Shown here: in pieces, positions 9,412 through 20,444 of the stretch
Position numbering within the stretch: position 1 is the stretch's first letter
Layout of the letters: each line of letters begins with the position of its first letter
Source of the DNA: Candidatus Bathyarchaeota archaeon
GTDB taxonomy: Archaea > Thermoproteota > Bathyarchaeia > Bathyarchaeales > Bathycorpusculaceae
Length of the DNA: 64,000 nt
Direction of reading: 5' to 3'
Assembly (NCBI GenBank): GCA_963780185.1
Contig: CAWABA010000006.1
Coordinates: 704,001 to 768,000 of the forward strand
Position numbers and translations under genes: made by a program
Notes under the pieces: generated by a model
Databases searched by the model: none
Seen by the model: only the letters and a program-made list of their open reading frames with translations
What the model was told of the DNA's origin: nothing

Positions 9412-10872
9412 ATGGCAGACGTAGTTTTAACTGCTGATAGAACTTTAATGAGCAATTATCATAACAACGAATTCTTGGGTTTCGGTACTTGTGCCCCTCC
9501 AAATTTTATTCCAGAATGGCTCTATAGCTACCTATTCTTTCCACCGCTAAAATCAAGCAAAGGCCTCCCGAAGGCGGCTCCTTATGGACTTCGGAAAACC
9601 GAAGCTCAACTTCTCAAAGAAGGCTTCGAAGTGGAAACAGTAAGCCCAAGCAATCTCGGCAGCCACCTGAAAGACGCCAAGGTTCTTGGAATTCACACGA
9701 TGGATCCCTTCGGGTTAGGTCCCGCTTCCTCGACACTTGCCGCGCTATTCAAGAAGGAACCGTACCTAGCAAAACATTTTTCCGCTTTAATGAGAAGCCC
9801 AGCCGTTCAAAAAGCAAAACAAAACGGCTGCAAAATAATTGTCGGCGGACCCGGCGCATGGCAGTTCCATTACCGTGAAAAAGCCGTCAAAGACTTCGGC
9901 ATAGACTGCATCCTTGAAGGCGAAGGAGAAAACGTCGTCGGCAAAATCTTCAAGGCGGCAATCGAAGGGCAAGAAATCCCAAGCCACTACGAAACCGGAG
10001 TCGACGAAACGCCCACTTTAGAGGAGATTCCCGACATTGTTAATCCATCGATTAACGGTTTAGTTGAGATTGGAAGAGGCTGCTGCAGAGGCTGCCAATT
10101 CTGCAACGTCACCCTGAGGCCGCTACGGTGGTACTCCATCGAGAAGATTAACCGTGAACTAAGCGTTAACATGGACGCAGGAAACCAAGGGGTCTGCCTC
10201 CACTCGGAAGACGTTATGCTCTACGGCTCCAAAAACACCACGCCCGACGCGGAAAAACTCGTCGAGCTCCATGAACTAGTAACTAAACGATGCAACGACC
10301 TTAGCTGGAGCCACTGCTCCCTCGCCGCTGTGGCGTCAAATCCTAAGCTTCTCTCAAAGCTGTCCGAGCTTATCTTGCAGAATCAGAATTGGTGGGGTGC
10401 CGAAATAGGCATAGAAACTGGTTCGCCTGAAATAGCCAAGAAAATTATGCCTGCGAAAGCTCATCCTTTCAGCGCTGACAACTGGCATGACGTTGTCGTC
10501 CAAGGCATGGGGGTAGCTCATGACAACATGCTGGTTCCCGCCTGCACCATTATCGTGGGGTTGCCTGACGAGCAGGAATCAGACATCCTTAAAACGATGG
10601 ATTTAATCGATGACCTCAAAGACATGCGCTGCCTCATCGTGCCGCTTTTCTTTGTCCCGCTGGGGCATTTGACAAGCGAAGACTGGTTCACAAGAACTAA
10701 ACTAAACGAGCTTCACAAGAAGCTGCTGATTCAATGCGCTGAACGCGACTTCCGCTGGGTTGACTCCCTGATCGACATATCTTTTTCAGGGAAATGGTAC
10801 CAACACATAACCAAAGAATTCTACAAAGGCTTCTCAGCAATCGCCAAACGCAAAGTACGCCAAATCGAGTAA
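9412..10872 (+). CDS. B12-binding-like radical SAM protein, Grs/Gms-like family (paralog 1)
   Basis: VVLTADRTLMSNY, APYGLRK.EA.L, IIVGGPGAWQ, CCRGCQFC (CxxxCxxC), IGIETGS. ATG 9412 matches the paralog's start region. Confidence 0.8.
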   Translation: MADVVLTADRTLMSNYHNNEFLGFGTCAPPNFIPEWLYSYLFFPPLKSSKGLPKAAPYGLRKTEAQLLKEGFEVETVSPSNLGSHLKDAKVLGIHTMDPFGLGPASSTLAALFKKEPYLAKHFSALMRSPAVQKAKQNGCKIIVGGPGAWQFHYREKAVKDFGIDCILEGEGENVVGKIFKAAIEGQEIPSHYETGVDETPTLEEIPDIVNPSINGLVEIGRGCCRGCQFCNVTLRPLRWYSIEKINRELSVNMDAGNQGVCLHSEDVMLYGSKNTTPDAEKLVELHELVTKRCNDLSWSHCSLAAVASNPKLLSKLSELILQNQNWWGAEIGIETGSPEIAKKIMPAKAHPFSADNWHDVVVQGMGVAHDNMLVPACTIIVGLPDEQESDILKTMDLIDDLKDMRCLIVPLFFVPLGHLTSEDWFTRTKLNELHKKLLIQCAERDFRWVDSLIDISFSGKWYQHITKEFYKGFSAIAKRKVRQIE

Positions 10873-11152
10873 GCGCCCACGGAACGCTGCGGAGGCGGAT
10901 TTCCCTTCGTAATAGCCTACGCTAAAAACCTCGAAATAGCTCTTCCATGCCAAAAAGACACGCCGAACCCCAAATAATCCAAACCTAAACAAACAACTAG
11001 GCCAAAAAAATAGCAATATTGAAGACAGACAATCGCTCGCAGTCTCTAAACATAAGAACCTTAAACGAAATCAGGGTAGCCAACAATTTTTAAAGGGGAA
11101 TTTTTTACATAAATTTATTAGCACTGATATTCAACAGGTAAATTGGTATGTC

Positions 11153-11665
11153 TTGAAATTTAGTCGAAGTCTTGGAGCGTTACTTATCGCAGCCATAGCC
11201 GTTACAATCGGCGTCGTCGTTTTCCAACAGTTAGCTATGAAACCAGCGAACAGCGTTACCCCCTCAACGGCAGTTCTTGAGCCTGCAGCACCTGGCTACA
11301 TCGGAAACAGCAGCATCTACCTAATATCGGCAAAACCATACTACGGCACCTACCAGAGAACAACGGTATTCATGATAAACGTAACTGTCAGAAGCGACTA
11401 CACACTTCAACAGCCGCCTCCGAACACTTATCCACCTGAGGTTAACGTCACCTACTTCATTTTGTATGCTAAGCTCTACGATATAAAAGGCGCTCAGATT
11501 AATTCTACCTTGTATACGCCGAGCGGTCCCCCTTCTCTTTATTGGCAGGTCTTTTTGAACGACGGTCAAACCACGTCGTTGACTATCTACATGGCTACGA
11601 ACAATCGCGATGTTGACCATTACACCTTAACCTTCGGATATCTGGGAGGTATCCCCGTAGGTTAA
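11153..11665 (+). CDS. Hypothetical membrane-anchored/secreted protein
   Basis: N-terminal hydrophobic helix, then a T/Y/P-rich beta-type domain; TATA-like TTTATTA upstream. Confidence 0.7.
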   Translation: MKFSRSLGALLIAAIAVTIGVVVFQQLAMKPANSVTPSTAVLEPAAPGYIGNSSIYLISAKPYYGTYQRTTVFMINVTVRSDYTLQQPPPNTYPPEVNVTYFILYAKLYDIKGAQINSTLYTPSGPPSLYWQVFLNDGQTTSLTIYMATNNRDVDHYTLTFGYLGGIPVG

Positions 11666-11861
11666 CGGCGGCCTGACTTCCTCAGCGCTTAAGAGACTTT
11701 CACACAATCTGAAGTATGTATGAATTCATTGCAAAAGTTTATGGGCCCCATTTTCATTTAATTATTTCAATACTTTTCGAGAGTATTTAGTCAGGCGATT
11801 TGATTATTTTTTGTATAAAATCAACATTTTGCTAGTTCTTCACACAAAACTATTGCTGCAA

Positions 11862-12308
11862 TTAATACTGGTTCCGCATGTTTTTATTCTCTTTTTTTGT
11901 CAAATTGCGTGTTTTAGAAATTTTTAGCAAGTGTAGTTTGCGGTTGTGCATGAACCAATTCAACGCTTTGCCCACGCCGAGTTCCACAAACGGGTACACC
12001 CCCATCGAATATGCAACCATAAAGGCGGGGAACACCCAGAAAGGCAATCCGCTGGCTGCTGCAAACCCGTACAGAAATAGGTAGGTTTGACTGAAAAACA
12101 GCAGCGGAAAACTGAGGCATCGCACATAGAAACTCAAACGCCACACTTGCTTGAAATTGAAGAATTCAAATGCAAAAGCAAATAGCAGAAAATCAAAGCC
12201 TGTCAACACGAAAGCGAGAACCGGATTCCCGCTTCCCATGCCTATGAAGCAGGCGGCAAGGTCTAAAGCTACAAAAACAAAGAAGAGGCTTTTATTCAAT
12301 CTTGGCAC
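11862..12308 (-). CDS. Hypothetical membrane protein (about 4 TM)
   Basis: Hydrophobic ORF with a basic C-terminal tail; no recognisable motif. Confidence 0.55.
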   Translation of the reverse strand: MPRLNKSLFFVFVALDLAACFIGMGSGNPVLAFVLTGFDFLLFAFAFEFFNFKQVWRLSFYVRCLSFPLLFFSQTYLFLYGFAAASGLPFWVFPAFMVAYSMGVYPFVELGVGKALNWFMHNRKLHLLKISKTRNLTKKENKNMRNQY

Positions 12309-12563
12309 CTTAATGTTCTTAGCTATAGGCTCCGTCTCGATTTTGCAATCCTATTCTTTTGTCGTGTAATTATAGTTTTGCGAATTCAGCCTTCATATTT
12401 TGTTAATCCCGTGGTTTTGCTCGAAAGGCATCCCAACCTGAATGACTAAAAACCTCTGAGCCGCTTGCATGTTGACTGCACGGTTCAACAGTCTTTTTCA
12501 GGCGTATGGCTATGCTTAAATAGTATATTGGAACTGAAAAGTTGAATAAGGGCTTTATGTTGC

Positions 12564-12640
12564 GCCGTCGTGGCTCAGCCCGGTAGAGCGGCTGGCTGTT
12601 AACCAGTCGGTCAAAGGTCCGAATCCTTTCGACGGCGCCA
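12564..12640 (+). tRNA. tRNA-Asn(GTT), CCA encoded
   Basis: Acceptor stem GCCGTCG/CGACGGC, D-arm GCTC/GAGC, anticodon arm GCTGG-CTGTTAA-CCAGT, T-arm AAAGG-TCCGAAT-CCTTT. Confidence 0.96.
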
Positions 12641-12882
12641 CTTTTTCCAGTTACGCATTTGTGACGTCGCTTTTCTACCTCAGCCTGTCACAGCAAGCGG
12701 TTCACCTCTAAGGGGAATCGGCATGGTGCTTTCGGGTCAGCTGCTTTTTGAAAACAATAATACTAAGATTTCGCTTTTTTTTAAAGGGCTTCTTGTTGAT
12801 TCGCATTATGAATTGAGCATCTATAGCTTCGCTTCATACAGGATATATATTGATTTTGCTATTTGAAATTGAAGGTTTACCT

Positions 12883-13338
12883 ATGGCTGAAAACGCAAGA
12901 ATACTCCTAATAGACGATGACAAAAACATCCGTCAAACATTAGAAATTGTGCTTAAAGAAGAAGGCTACTTTGTTGACACGGCTGAGAACGGAAAAGAAG
13001 CCGTCGAAAAATCTTTTGCCAGCTTCTACAACCTTGCAATCGTAGATTGGCGCTTGCCCGACATCGACGGAACAATACTCATAACCCAGCTTAAAGAAAC
13101 AACCCCGAAAATGGCGAAAATAATGCTCACAGGTTACCCTTCAATGAATAACGCGATAGAAGCAGTGAATCAGCGTGCCGACGCTTTCCTGGTAAAACCA
13201 GTCGACGTTGAAGAACTGCTCAAGAAAATCCATGAACTTCTCTTACTGCAACAGGAAAACAAAGAGTTCTGCGAAACCAAAATAGTTTCATTCATCGAGA
13301 CAAGAACCAAACAGATCCTCCAAGAAGACGGCATGTAA
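12883..13338 (+). CDS. Stand-alone response regulator receiver protein
   Basis: ILLIDDD, phosphoacceptor D in IVDWRLPDIDG, MLTG, FLVKP; no output domain or adjacent kinase. Confidence 0.9.
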   Translation: MAENARILLIDDDKNIRQTLEIVLKEEGYFVDTAENGKEAVEKSFASFYNLAIVDWRLPDIDGTILITQLKETTPKMAKIMLTGYPSMNNAIEAVNQRADAFLVKPVDVEELLKKIHELLLLQQENKEFCETKIVSFIETRTKQILQEDGM

Positions 13339-13861
13339 CCTGAAAAACAGAACCCCTTCTATTCTCCTTTGAACCAGCGAAGATTTCTTTTCCGAATAAT
13401 GCCTGCAAATTCTGCAGTACGCCAGTTCAAGACGACGCAACATTCTGTCTCGGATGTCAACGGGGTGTAAAATGAAGGCAAAGTTACCGTTTTTTAGTCT
13501 TAAGAACTACAAGTCAGTTCGCCTAACACGAGAAAACAGGTACTTGCACTTTGTTTTTGTCAAAATAACAATTTGCAGCGAAAGGACAGAATGAATTATA
13601 TAAGAATGCCGTCGCAAGCTTGAAATTTGCATAATCTGGGGCTAAAATTTTTTCAACAGCCGATTACTTTAAATGCAGCATTTAATAATAAAGGCGAAAA
13701 TGGAGTCAAGAAACCTGACCGTACAGTGGGTTTAAGCTGAGAATCTGAATGCACGCTAAAAAAAATATAGAACTTCCAAACGATGCTTTCTTAGAGTTGA
13801 ATGTCTCTATTAATATCGGGGTTGTTCCAGACTAGGTATCCTGAGGTTTTGGCGAGGTTAT

Positions 13862-16625
13862 TTGGAAAAAACTACTTCTATGCCCGTTAACGAGGTCTTT
13901 GACGCACTGCAAACGTCAAAGAACGGTTTGACCTCCGAGGAAGCAAAGCTTCGCCTAAAAAAATATGGTTATAACGAGCTCGTGGAAAAAAAGCAAGCCC
14001 CACTCATCTACAAGTTCATTCGCCACTTAAGAGACCTATTCGGAATACTTCTACTCGTCGCAGCAGCCCTCTCATTCCCCACCAACCCCACGCTTGGCTT
14101 AATCATCGTCGCAGTCGTTTTCGTTAACATTTTCGTCGGCATATTCCAAGAATCCCGCGCTGAAAAAGCCATGGCGACCCTGAAAAGTTGGATGCCGCAG
14201 TTCGCAAAAGTAATCCGAGACGGTGAAGTTAAAAAAATTTCTGTAAAAGAAATCGTTCCAGGCGACCTCGTCATTTTAGAAGAAGGCGACCGCGTACCAG
14301 CAGACGCACGACTGATAGAAGCCTTCGAATTATGGACAAATAACGTTCCACTAACAGGTGAATCTGAACCTCAACCGCGAGTCGCGGAAGCCGTAGATGT
14401 CGTTGAGAGCGCTTACTTGTATGCTCCTAACCTTGTTTTCATGAGCACAAGCGTGGCGAAAGGTCAAGGAAAAGCCATTGTTTACTCAACAGGCATGGAT
14501 ACGCAGTTTGGAAAAATCGCACATTTAACTCAGACAATCCATGAAGAAGAAAGCCCGCTGCAGAAAGAAATCGCCTTGACCGCAAAGTACGACTTCACGA
14601 TTGCCGTTGCTGTGGGAGTAGTTTTCTTTGCGTCAAGTTTTCTTTTCCTCCATGCTTCTCTTGCAACCAGCATACTTTTTATGATCGGAGTCATGGTGGC
14701 ATGCGTCCCCGAAGGGCTCCAGGTAACAGTGTCAAGCGCCTTAGCCATCAACGTCCTCAAAATGGTCAAACAAAACGTTCTGGTAAAACGTCTATCTGCA
14801 GTTCAGACTTTGGGCAGCGTCACCGTAATCTGCACAGACAAAACAGGCACGATAACTAAGGGCGAAATGACCGTTAACAAACTTTGGGTTTACGATTTTG
14901 TAATTGACGTTTCGGGAACAGGGTACATGCCCGAAGGCGACTTCACTGTAAACGGTCAGCCGCTGGAGCCAAAGCAAGCGGCACCCATGGAAAAACTAAT
15001 TGAAATCGCTGCCTTATGCAACGGAGCGAAAGTTGACCCGCCTTCTGACAGAAACAGAAACTGGAGCGTCATAGGCGACCCCACAGATGGCGCCTTGCTT
15101 GTGGCAGCTCTTAAATCCAGCGTGAACATCCAGGATGAATCGGCTAAGAAGCCAACGATTGACATCTTGCCCTTCAGTTTTGAACGCAAACGAATGAGCA
15201 CCATTCACTGCTTTGAACGGCGACGTGCTGGTTTACACGAAAGGTGCGCCGAGGAACGTGTTGGATGTCTGCACCAAGGTGCTTGTCGGCGGCAAAATTG
15301 AAGAGTTAAACCATGAAAACATGATGTACATTGAATCCAGCATTCTTGAGTTCGCCAGCCAAGGCTTACGAGTCATCGCGGCAGCTTACAAAAAAATGAA
15401 AAAATCCGAGTACAACAAGGATGAGGCCGAAAGGGACTTAATTTTCGTTGGTTTAGCAGCGATGCGTGATCCGCCGAGGATGGAAGTCAAAGATGCAGTT
15501 TCCAAGGCTAAGCAGGCTGGAGTCAAAACAGTCATAATCACAGGCGACTATGGTCCAACGGCTGAGGCCATCGCCAAAGAGGTTGGAATTGTCGATCGGG
15601 ATTGCTGCCAAGTTATTCGCGGGGTAGATCTTGACGATTTAAGCGATCAAGCCGTCATCGATGAAGTGAAGAAAGGAAACGTAATTTTCGCCCGCGTTTC
15701 ACCGGAGCAAAAACTGAGAATAGTCACGGTTCTCAAGCACAGCGGAGAAATCGTCGCGGTCACAGGCGACGGAGCAAACGACGCCCCCTCACTTAAGGAA
15801 GCTGACATCGGCGTAGCCATGGGCCTTTCAGGCACCGATGTAGCCCGCGAAGCCGCAGACATCGTTCTGCTAGACGACAGCTTCGCCTCCATCGTGAAAG
15901 CCATCGAATCTGGCAGAGCAATCTACGAGAACATCCGCAAATTCATCGTTTACGTCTTCTCACACAACTGGGCTGAACTAATCCCATTCATACTCTACGC
16001 CGTCATAGGCATTCCACTGCCGCTGCTCGTGCCGCAAGTCTTAGCCATCGACCTAGCCATAGACGTCATACCCTCGTTGGCGCTAAGCCGAGAGCCACCT
16101 GAAGCAGGAATAATGGAGGAACCGCCCAGAAGCATAAAAGAACGATTGTTCACACGACGGGTTCTTCTGCGTTCAGTATTCATCGGAGTCATCATCGCCG
16201 CGGGAGCCATGATCGGATGCATTGCAGCTTGGACGCAGGGCGGATGGCACTTAGGAATGCAATTAGCCGCCAACAACCCGGTCTACATTAAAGGCGTAAC
16301 TTTGACTTTCTCAGGCATCGTGGTAGCTCAAGCAGGCAACGTTCTCGCATGCAGAACCAGCAAGCAATCAACCTTCAAAGCAAGTCTCAAAACCAACAAA
16401 TGGATAATCTTCGGCATCATATCGCAAATCAGCATCCTTTCACTGCTTGTTTACCTGCCAATAATGCAGCATATCTTCACGACATCAGCGTTGACTCTTG
16501 GCGACTGGGGGTTTTTGGTGTCGCTGGCTGTGATTGTTGTTTTCGCTGAGGAAATACGGAAGTTCTTCAGCCGAAGATTCAGTAAAACAAGCGCTGAAGC
16601 CCTTAAAATCCATGATCATACTTGA
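13862..16625 (+). CDS. Type II cation-transporting P-type ATPase, split by a 1-nt frameshift near 15212
   Basis: TGES, VPEGL, CTDKTGT, KGAP, TGDGANDAP and AIDLAID motifs across ORFs 13862-15301 and 15213-16625. Confidence 0.9.
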
Positions 16626-16688
16626 AAAGCGTGACTTAAGAATTTGGCTAAAATAAGGGTCAAGATTAGGGAAGAAAAGATGCGGGTT

Positions 16689-16793
16689 TTAATTGAGGGT
16701 TTTGGTCCTGAGTTCTATTCTGATGTTGTACATTACTACCCCGATTGAGGCGAAGATTGCGGCTATTGAGGCTATTTCAATTATTCCAAACAT
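16689..16793 (-). CDS. 34-aa single-TM small protein (not in ORF track)
   Basis: MFGIIEIASIAAIFASIGVVMYNIRIELRTKTLN; GGTGA Shine-Dalgarno just upstream; TATA and conserved motif at 16837-16864. Confidence 0.65.
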   Translation of the reverse strand: MFGIIEIASIAAIFASIGVVMYNIRIELRTKTLN

Positions 16794-16836
16794 ATTTTCA
16801 CCAATCCATTTTATAATTAGTTACTTGCCCAGCAGG

Positions 16837-16864
16837 ATATAAATATGGTTATGATTTGTTCATA
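16837..16864 (-). promoter_or_regulatory. TATA box plus inverted-repeat operator, copy 1
   Basis: + strand ATATAA-atatgg-TTATGA-tttgt-TCATA(A); same 28-nt geometry at 22664 and 24707. Confidence 0.65.
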
Positions 16865-16967
16865 ATTATTTCATAAAACCTAAACATACGTCTAAAAACT
16901 AAGCAGAAAATTTATATGGAATAACAACCATTACTCTTCAACCTAAAAAAAACAGAAGGAAAAAGAA

Positions 16968-17204
16968 ATGAAAGCCTACATACTCCTAAGCACAAAGCCC
17001 GGCACATCTCTGGAAGTTGTCCAAAAACTAAGAGAAAGAGTGAAAGAAACAGTCACCGCAGACGCCATATTTGGCCGATACGACGCTATCGTCATATTGG
17101 AAGCACCAGCGCTCGAAGAAATCAACAAGGTCGTTTACAAAATAATCGAAAAAGACCCCAACGTTATTCGAACAGAGACATCCATCGTGCTCACACCCAT
17201 GTAG
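16968..17204 (+). CDS. Stand-alone Lrp/AsnC ligand-binding (RAM) domain protein
   Basis: AYILL..KPG, FGRYDAIV, V.RTETSI; no HTH. Confidence 0.85.
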   Translation: MKAYILLSTKPGTSLEVVQKLRERVKETVTADAIFGRYDAIVILEAPALEEINKVVYKIIEKDPNVIRTETSIVLTPM

Positions 17205-17304
17205 CACCGAGATGGAAGCCGGCAAAACCCAATTTTTTCTTTTTTAATATTAAAAACAATGGCTTTTGAGATGAAAATAAATAAAAATTAGCGTTTTGCG
17301 CTGA

Positions 17305-17592
17305 TTATGGCGTTGTTTGATCGTTTTCCTCTAGTAGGCATTTTGGTCCTTTGTGGGCTTTGAGGACAATTGAGCTTACAGTACTTTTTACGCCTTTTAT
17401 TTTCATGATTCTGTTCTTGAGAACGTCTCGGAATTCTTCTATATCGGCGGCGGACACCAAGGTTACGATGTCGAATTCGCCTGTGACTTCGTATAGTTCT
17501 TCAAGATGTTCTAATTGGGCAAGCGCTATTAAGACGCTGTCCATTTCTGGGGATTCCACAAATATGTCTACGAATGCTAGTAGTCTTGGCAT
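17305..17592 (-). CDS. Stand-alone Lrp/AsnC ligand-binding domain protein
   Basis: LYEVTGEFDIV...IKGVKSTVSSIVL. Confidence 0.85.
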   Translation of the reverse strand: MPRLLAFVDIFVESPEMDSVLIALAQLEHLEELYEVTGEFDIVTLVSAADIEEFRDVLKNRIMKIKGVKSTVSSIVLKAHKGPKCLLEENDQTTP

Positions 17593-17770
17593 ATGGGTCT
17601 CTTTCCCATTGAACATGAGTTGCGGATATTTATAGTTTCGCTTGCCATGCAGACACCATATTCATTGTTAACGTGACAATTGCACAGCAATTTCGTTGAA
17701 TACTGGACATGCGTTAAAATAAGCCACCGCCAACATTCTAGCGCCAAGCCACCTCCACGCAACATGCGCG

Positions 17771-18250
17771 TTAACCGTTAACGGTGAAATTGCCGTAGAC
17801 AGAGGGGTAGCCTCTTATCAGTAGCAAGTTAAGTTGCAAAACATCCACGTACGGGTTGCCAAAAACCCAGAAAACGCCCTGTTTGTTCTGATCAACTATG
17901 TTCGTCAAAGCGTCAGCAGAGATGCCTGTTGCGTTGCTTATTGCGGGTATCTGCGAAACTGCGTCTTGGAGCGTTATGTCTGGATCTACACCTGAAGCCG
18001 AAGGGTTCGCGGTTGCGGTTTCGTTTCTTGTGTGGAAGAACATGGGTGAGGTGAAGGTTTGGGCGATTAGGTTTGATCCGACGGTTTGCCCGTTAAGTTT
18101 GGCGGGGCTGCCGTTTGCTTGGTAGGGGAAGAAGGCTTGGCCTATGCCTGTGATTAAGAACGGGTAAGCTATCCCGCATATCAGCAGCGAAACCAGCGCT
18201 AATCCGATGATTGGTTTGAAGTTCCATTTTTCTTTTGTTGTTTCAGTCAT
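17771..18250 (-). CDS. kdpC: K+-transporting ATPase subunit C
   Basis: YP..ITGIGQ..FPYQANGS, GS.LIAQ.F, SASGVDPDI, VDVLQLN. Confidence 0.93.
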   Translation of the reverse strand: MTETTKEKWNFKPIIGLALVSLLICGIAYPFLITGIGQAFFPYQANGSPAKLNGQTVGSNLIAQTFTSPMFFHTRNETATANPSASGVDPDITLQDAVSQIPAISNATGISADALTNIVDQNKQGVFWVFGNPYVDVLQLNLLLIRGYPSVYGNFTVNG

Positions 18251-18262
18251 GACGGTTTTCTC

Positions 18263-20444
18263 CTAAATATGAAAAACTCCGGTAAGAAGCAGGTCGATTA
18301 GTTTGATTCCTATGAATGGCACGATAACTCCGCCCACACCATAAATTAAGGTATTTTTCAGAAAGAGCTCCATTGTGCTGGTAGGTTTGAAGTTGATGCC
18401 GCGCATTGCGAGGGGAATTAGAAGCGGAATAATTATGGCGTTAAAGATGAGAGCTGACAGCACTGCGCTTTGCATGCTGCCTAAACGCAGAATGTTAAGG
18501 CTGCTTAGCTCTGGAAGGGCGGTTGCAAAGATAACTGGCATAATCGCGAAGTATTTTGACACGTCGTTGGCGATGCTGAAAGCTGTTACAGCGCCTCTGG
18601 TCATCAGCAGTTGCTTTCCTAACATGACTACGTCGATTATTTTTGCTGGGTTCGATTCTAAGTCCACCATGTTTGCGGCTTCTTTTGCGGCTTCAGTGCC
18701 CGAGTTCATGGCTAAGCCAACATCTGCGGCAGAAAGTGCTGGCGCATCGTTGGTTCCGTCGCCGATCATGGCAACAATTCTGTTTTCAGCCTGTTCTCTT
18801 TTCGCTATCTTGTATTTGTCTTCAGGTTTAGCCTGTGCAACGTACTCGTCGATTCCCACCTCGGAGGCTATGTTTTTTGCAGTAAGAGGCTGATCCCCGG
18901 TAATCATTACGGGGCGGATTCCCATGACTTTGAGAGCCTGAATCTTGTCCTTAATGCCTACTTTAAGCACGTCTTTGAGTCTGATTATTCCTATAGCCAC
19001 ACCGTTGCGCATGACAGCGATAGGAGTTTCTCCAGCTGCAGAAATCCCTTCGACAATTAGGTCATAATTCTTAGGAACATCAGTAGCCAATTCTTTGATT
19101 GATTCGGGAGCGCCCTTTACAATGTTAATTTCTGATTCAAGCGTGTCAGCTTGGGTTTCTGCCGCTGCTATAGAGGCTTTTCGTCTAATGCGCATTCTCT
19201 CTCTTCCCGACTTATCGCCTTTTGGCAAGGTGAGACCCAAGTGCGCTATTTTTACTCCGCTTGTTCGGGTGACGGCTGAGAACGCCTCCACTTCTGACGT
19301 TGCTAGTGAGTTGAGTTCGTTTGGAACGAACCCTTTTTCGTATGCAAGCCGCAGTATGCTTCGTCCTTCTGGGGTATCGTCATGCCAAGAAGACAAGAAT
19401 GCTGCTTCGCCGACGTCTTCTTCAACGCATCCTTCGAAAGCGATGAATTCTATGGCTTGCCGGTTGCCAACGGTTATGGTGCCTGTCTTATCTAGAAGCA
19501 CCACGTCTGCGTCTCCCGCGGTTTCTATTGCTCTACCTGATTTTGCTACGATTTTGTTCTTGTAAAGTCGGGTTATGCCTGAGAGTCCGATGGCAGGTAG
19601 CAAGGCGCCTATGGTTGTAGGAAGAAGACAAACATATAGTGCGATCAGTACTGACAGGTCTGCGTCCAGACCAAGCGTTATCGACGTTCCCAGCAGTGCA
19701 AGTATGATTATGGTGAATATGGCGGTTAGTCCGATAAGCACCATGGTTATTGCCACTTCGTTTGGAGTCTTTGGCCGCTTGGAGGATTCCACCATCTTGA
19801 TCATTTGATCGATGAAGGTTTCTCCAGGATTAGTTGTAATCTTAGCTGTCAAGGTATCGCTTGCAAGACGTGAGCCGCCGATAAGGGAGTCTCCAGGCGC
19901 CTTCCTAACGGGGGCTGATTCGCCTGTGACGAGTGATTCGTCAACCATTGCGATTCCCTCGATTACGTCTGCGTCTAAGGGAACAACATCACCCGCCTCA
20001 ATGAGGACAAGGTCGTCCTTTTCTAAGTTCAGTCGATTTCACTACCACTATCTTTCGAGTCCATCCCTCAGTAACTATTTTTTTGCTGGATACTTCTGTT
20101 TCCAGTTTCCGCAGGCTTCCAGCCGTGCTTTTTGCCTGTTGCTCTGCAAGCGAATCAGACAGCGTGCTAAACCATACCGTAAGCAGAAGGATGGCGGCGA
20201 CTTCGACGTAGAAGATTTGTAGGCTAGGGTGAGCCACTGGAACGAATATCCGTGGGTCTATAGCCAGTGCGGCCACGATGAAGAAGGTGATTTCTACAAT
20301 CAACATCACTGGGTTCCTAAGTAAAGATTTAGGGCTCAGACGAACTACAGAGTCAACTAGCACTTTCCTGGAGAAAACTGTTCGAGTTCCAGTAGGCGCC
20401 GATTCCTTGACTGGCACTTGTTCTGCGGGTTTTTCAGTAGTCAA
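18263..20444 (-). CDS. kdpB: K+-transporting ATPase subunit B, split by a frameshift near 20015
   Basis: RNPVM N-terminal part (19998-20444), then VDES.VTGES, LLPTTIGALL, LLDKTGT, GDGTNDAPAL and TAFSIANDVSKYF. Confidence 0.93.

Noticed and set aside
13340-13860. Long intergenic region before the P-type ATPase as a riboswitch
   Set aside because: I could not recognise yybP-ykoY, M-box or c-di-AMP consensus elements or a convincing structure by eye.
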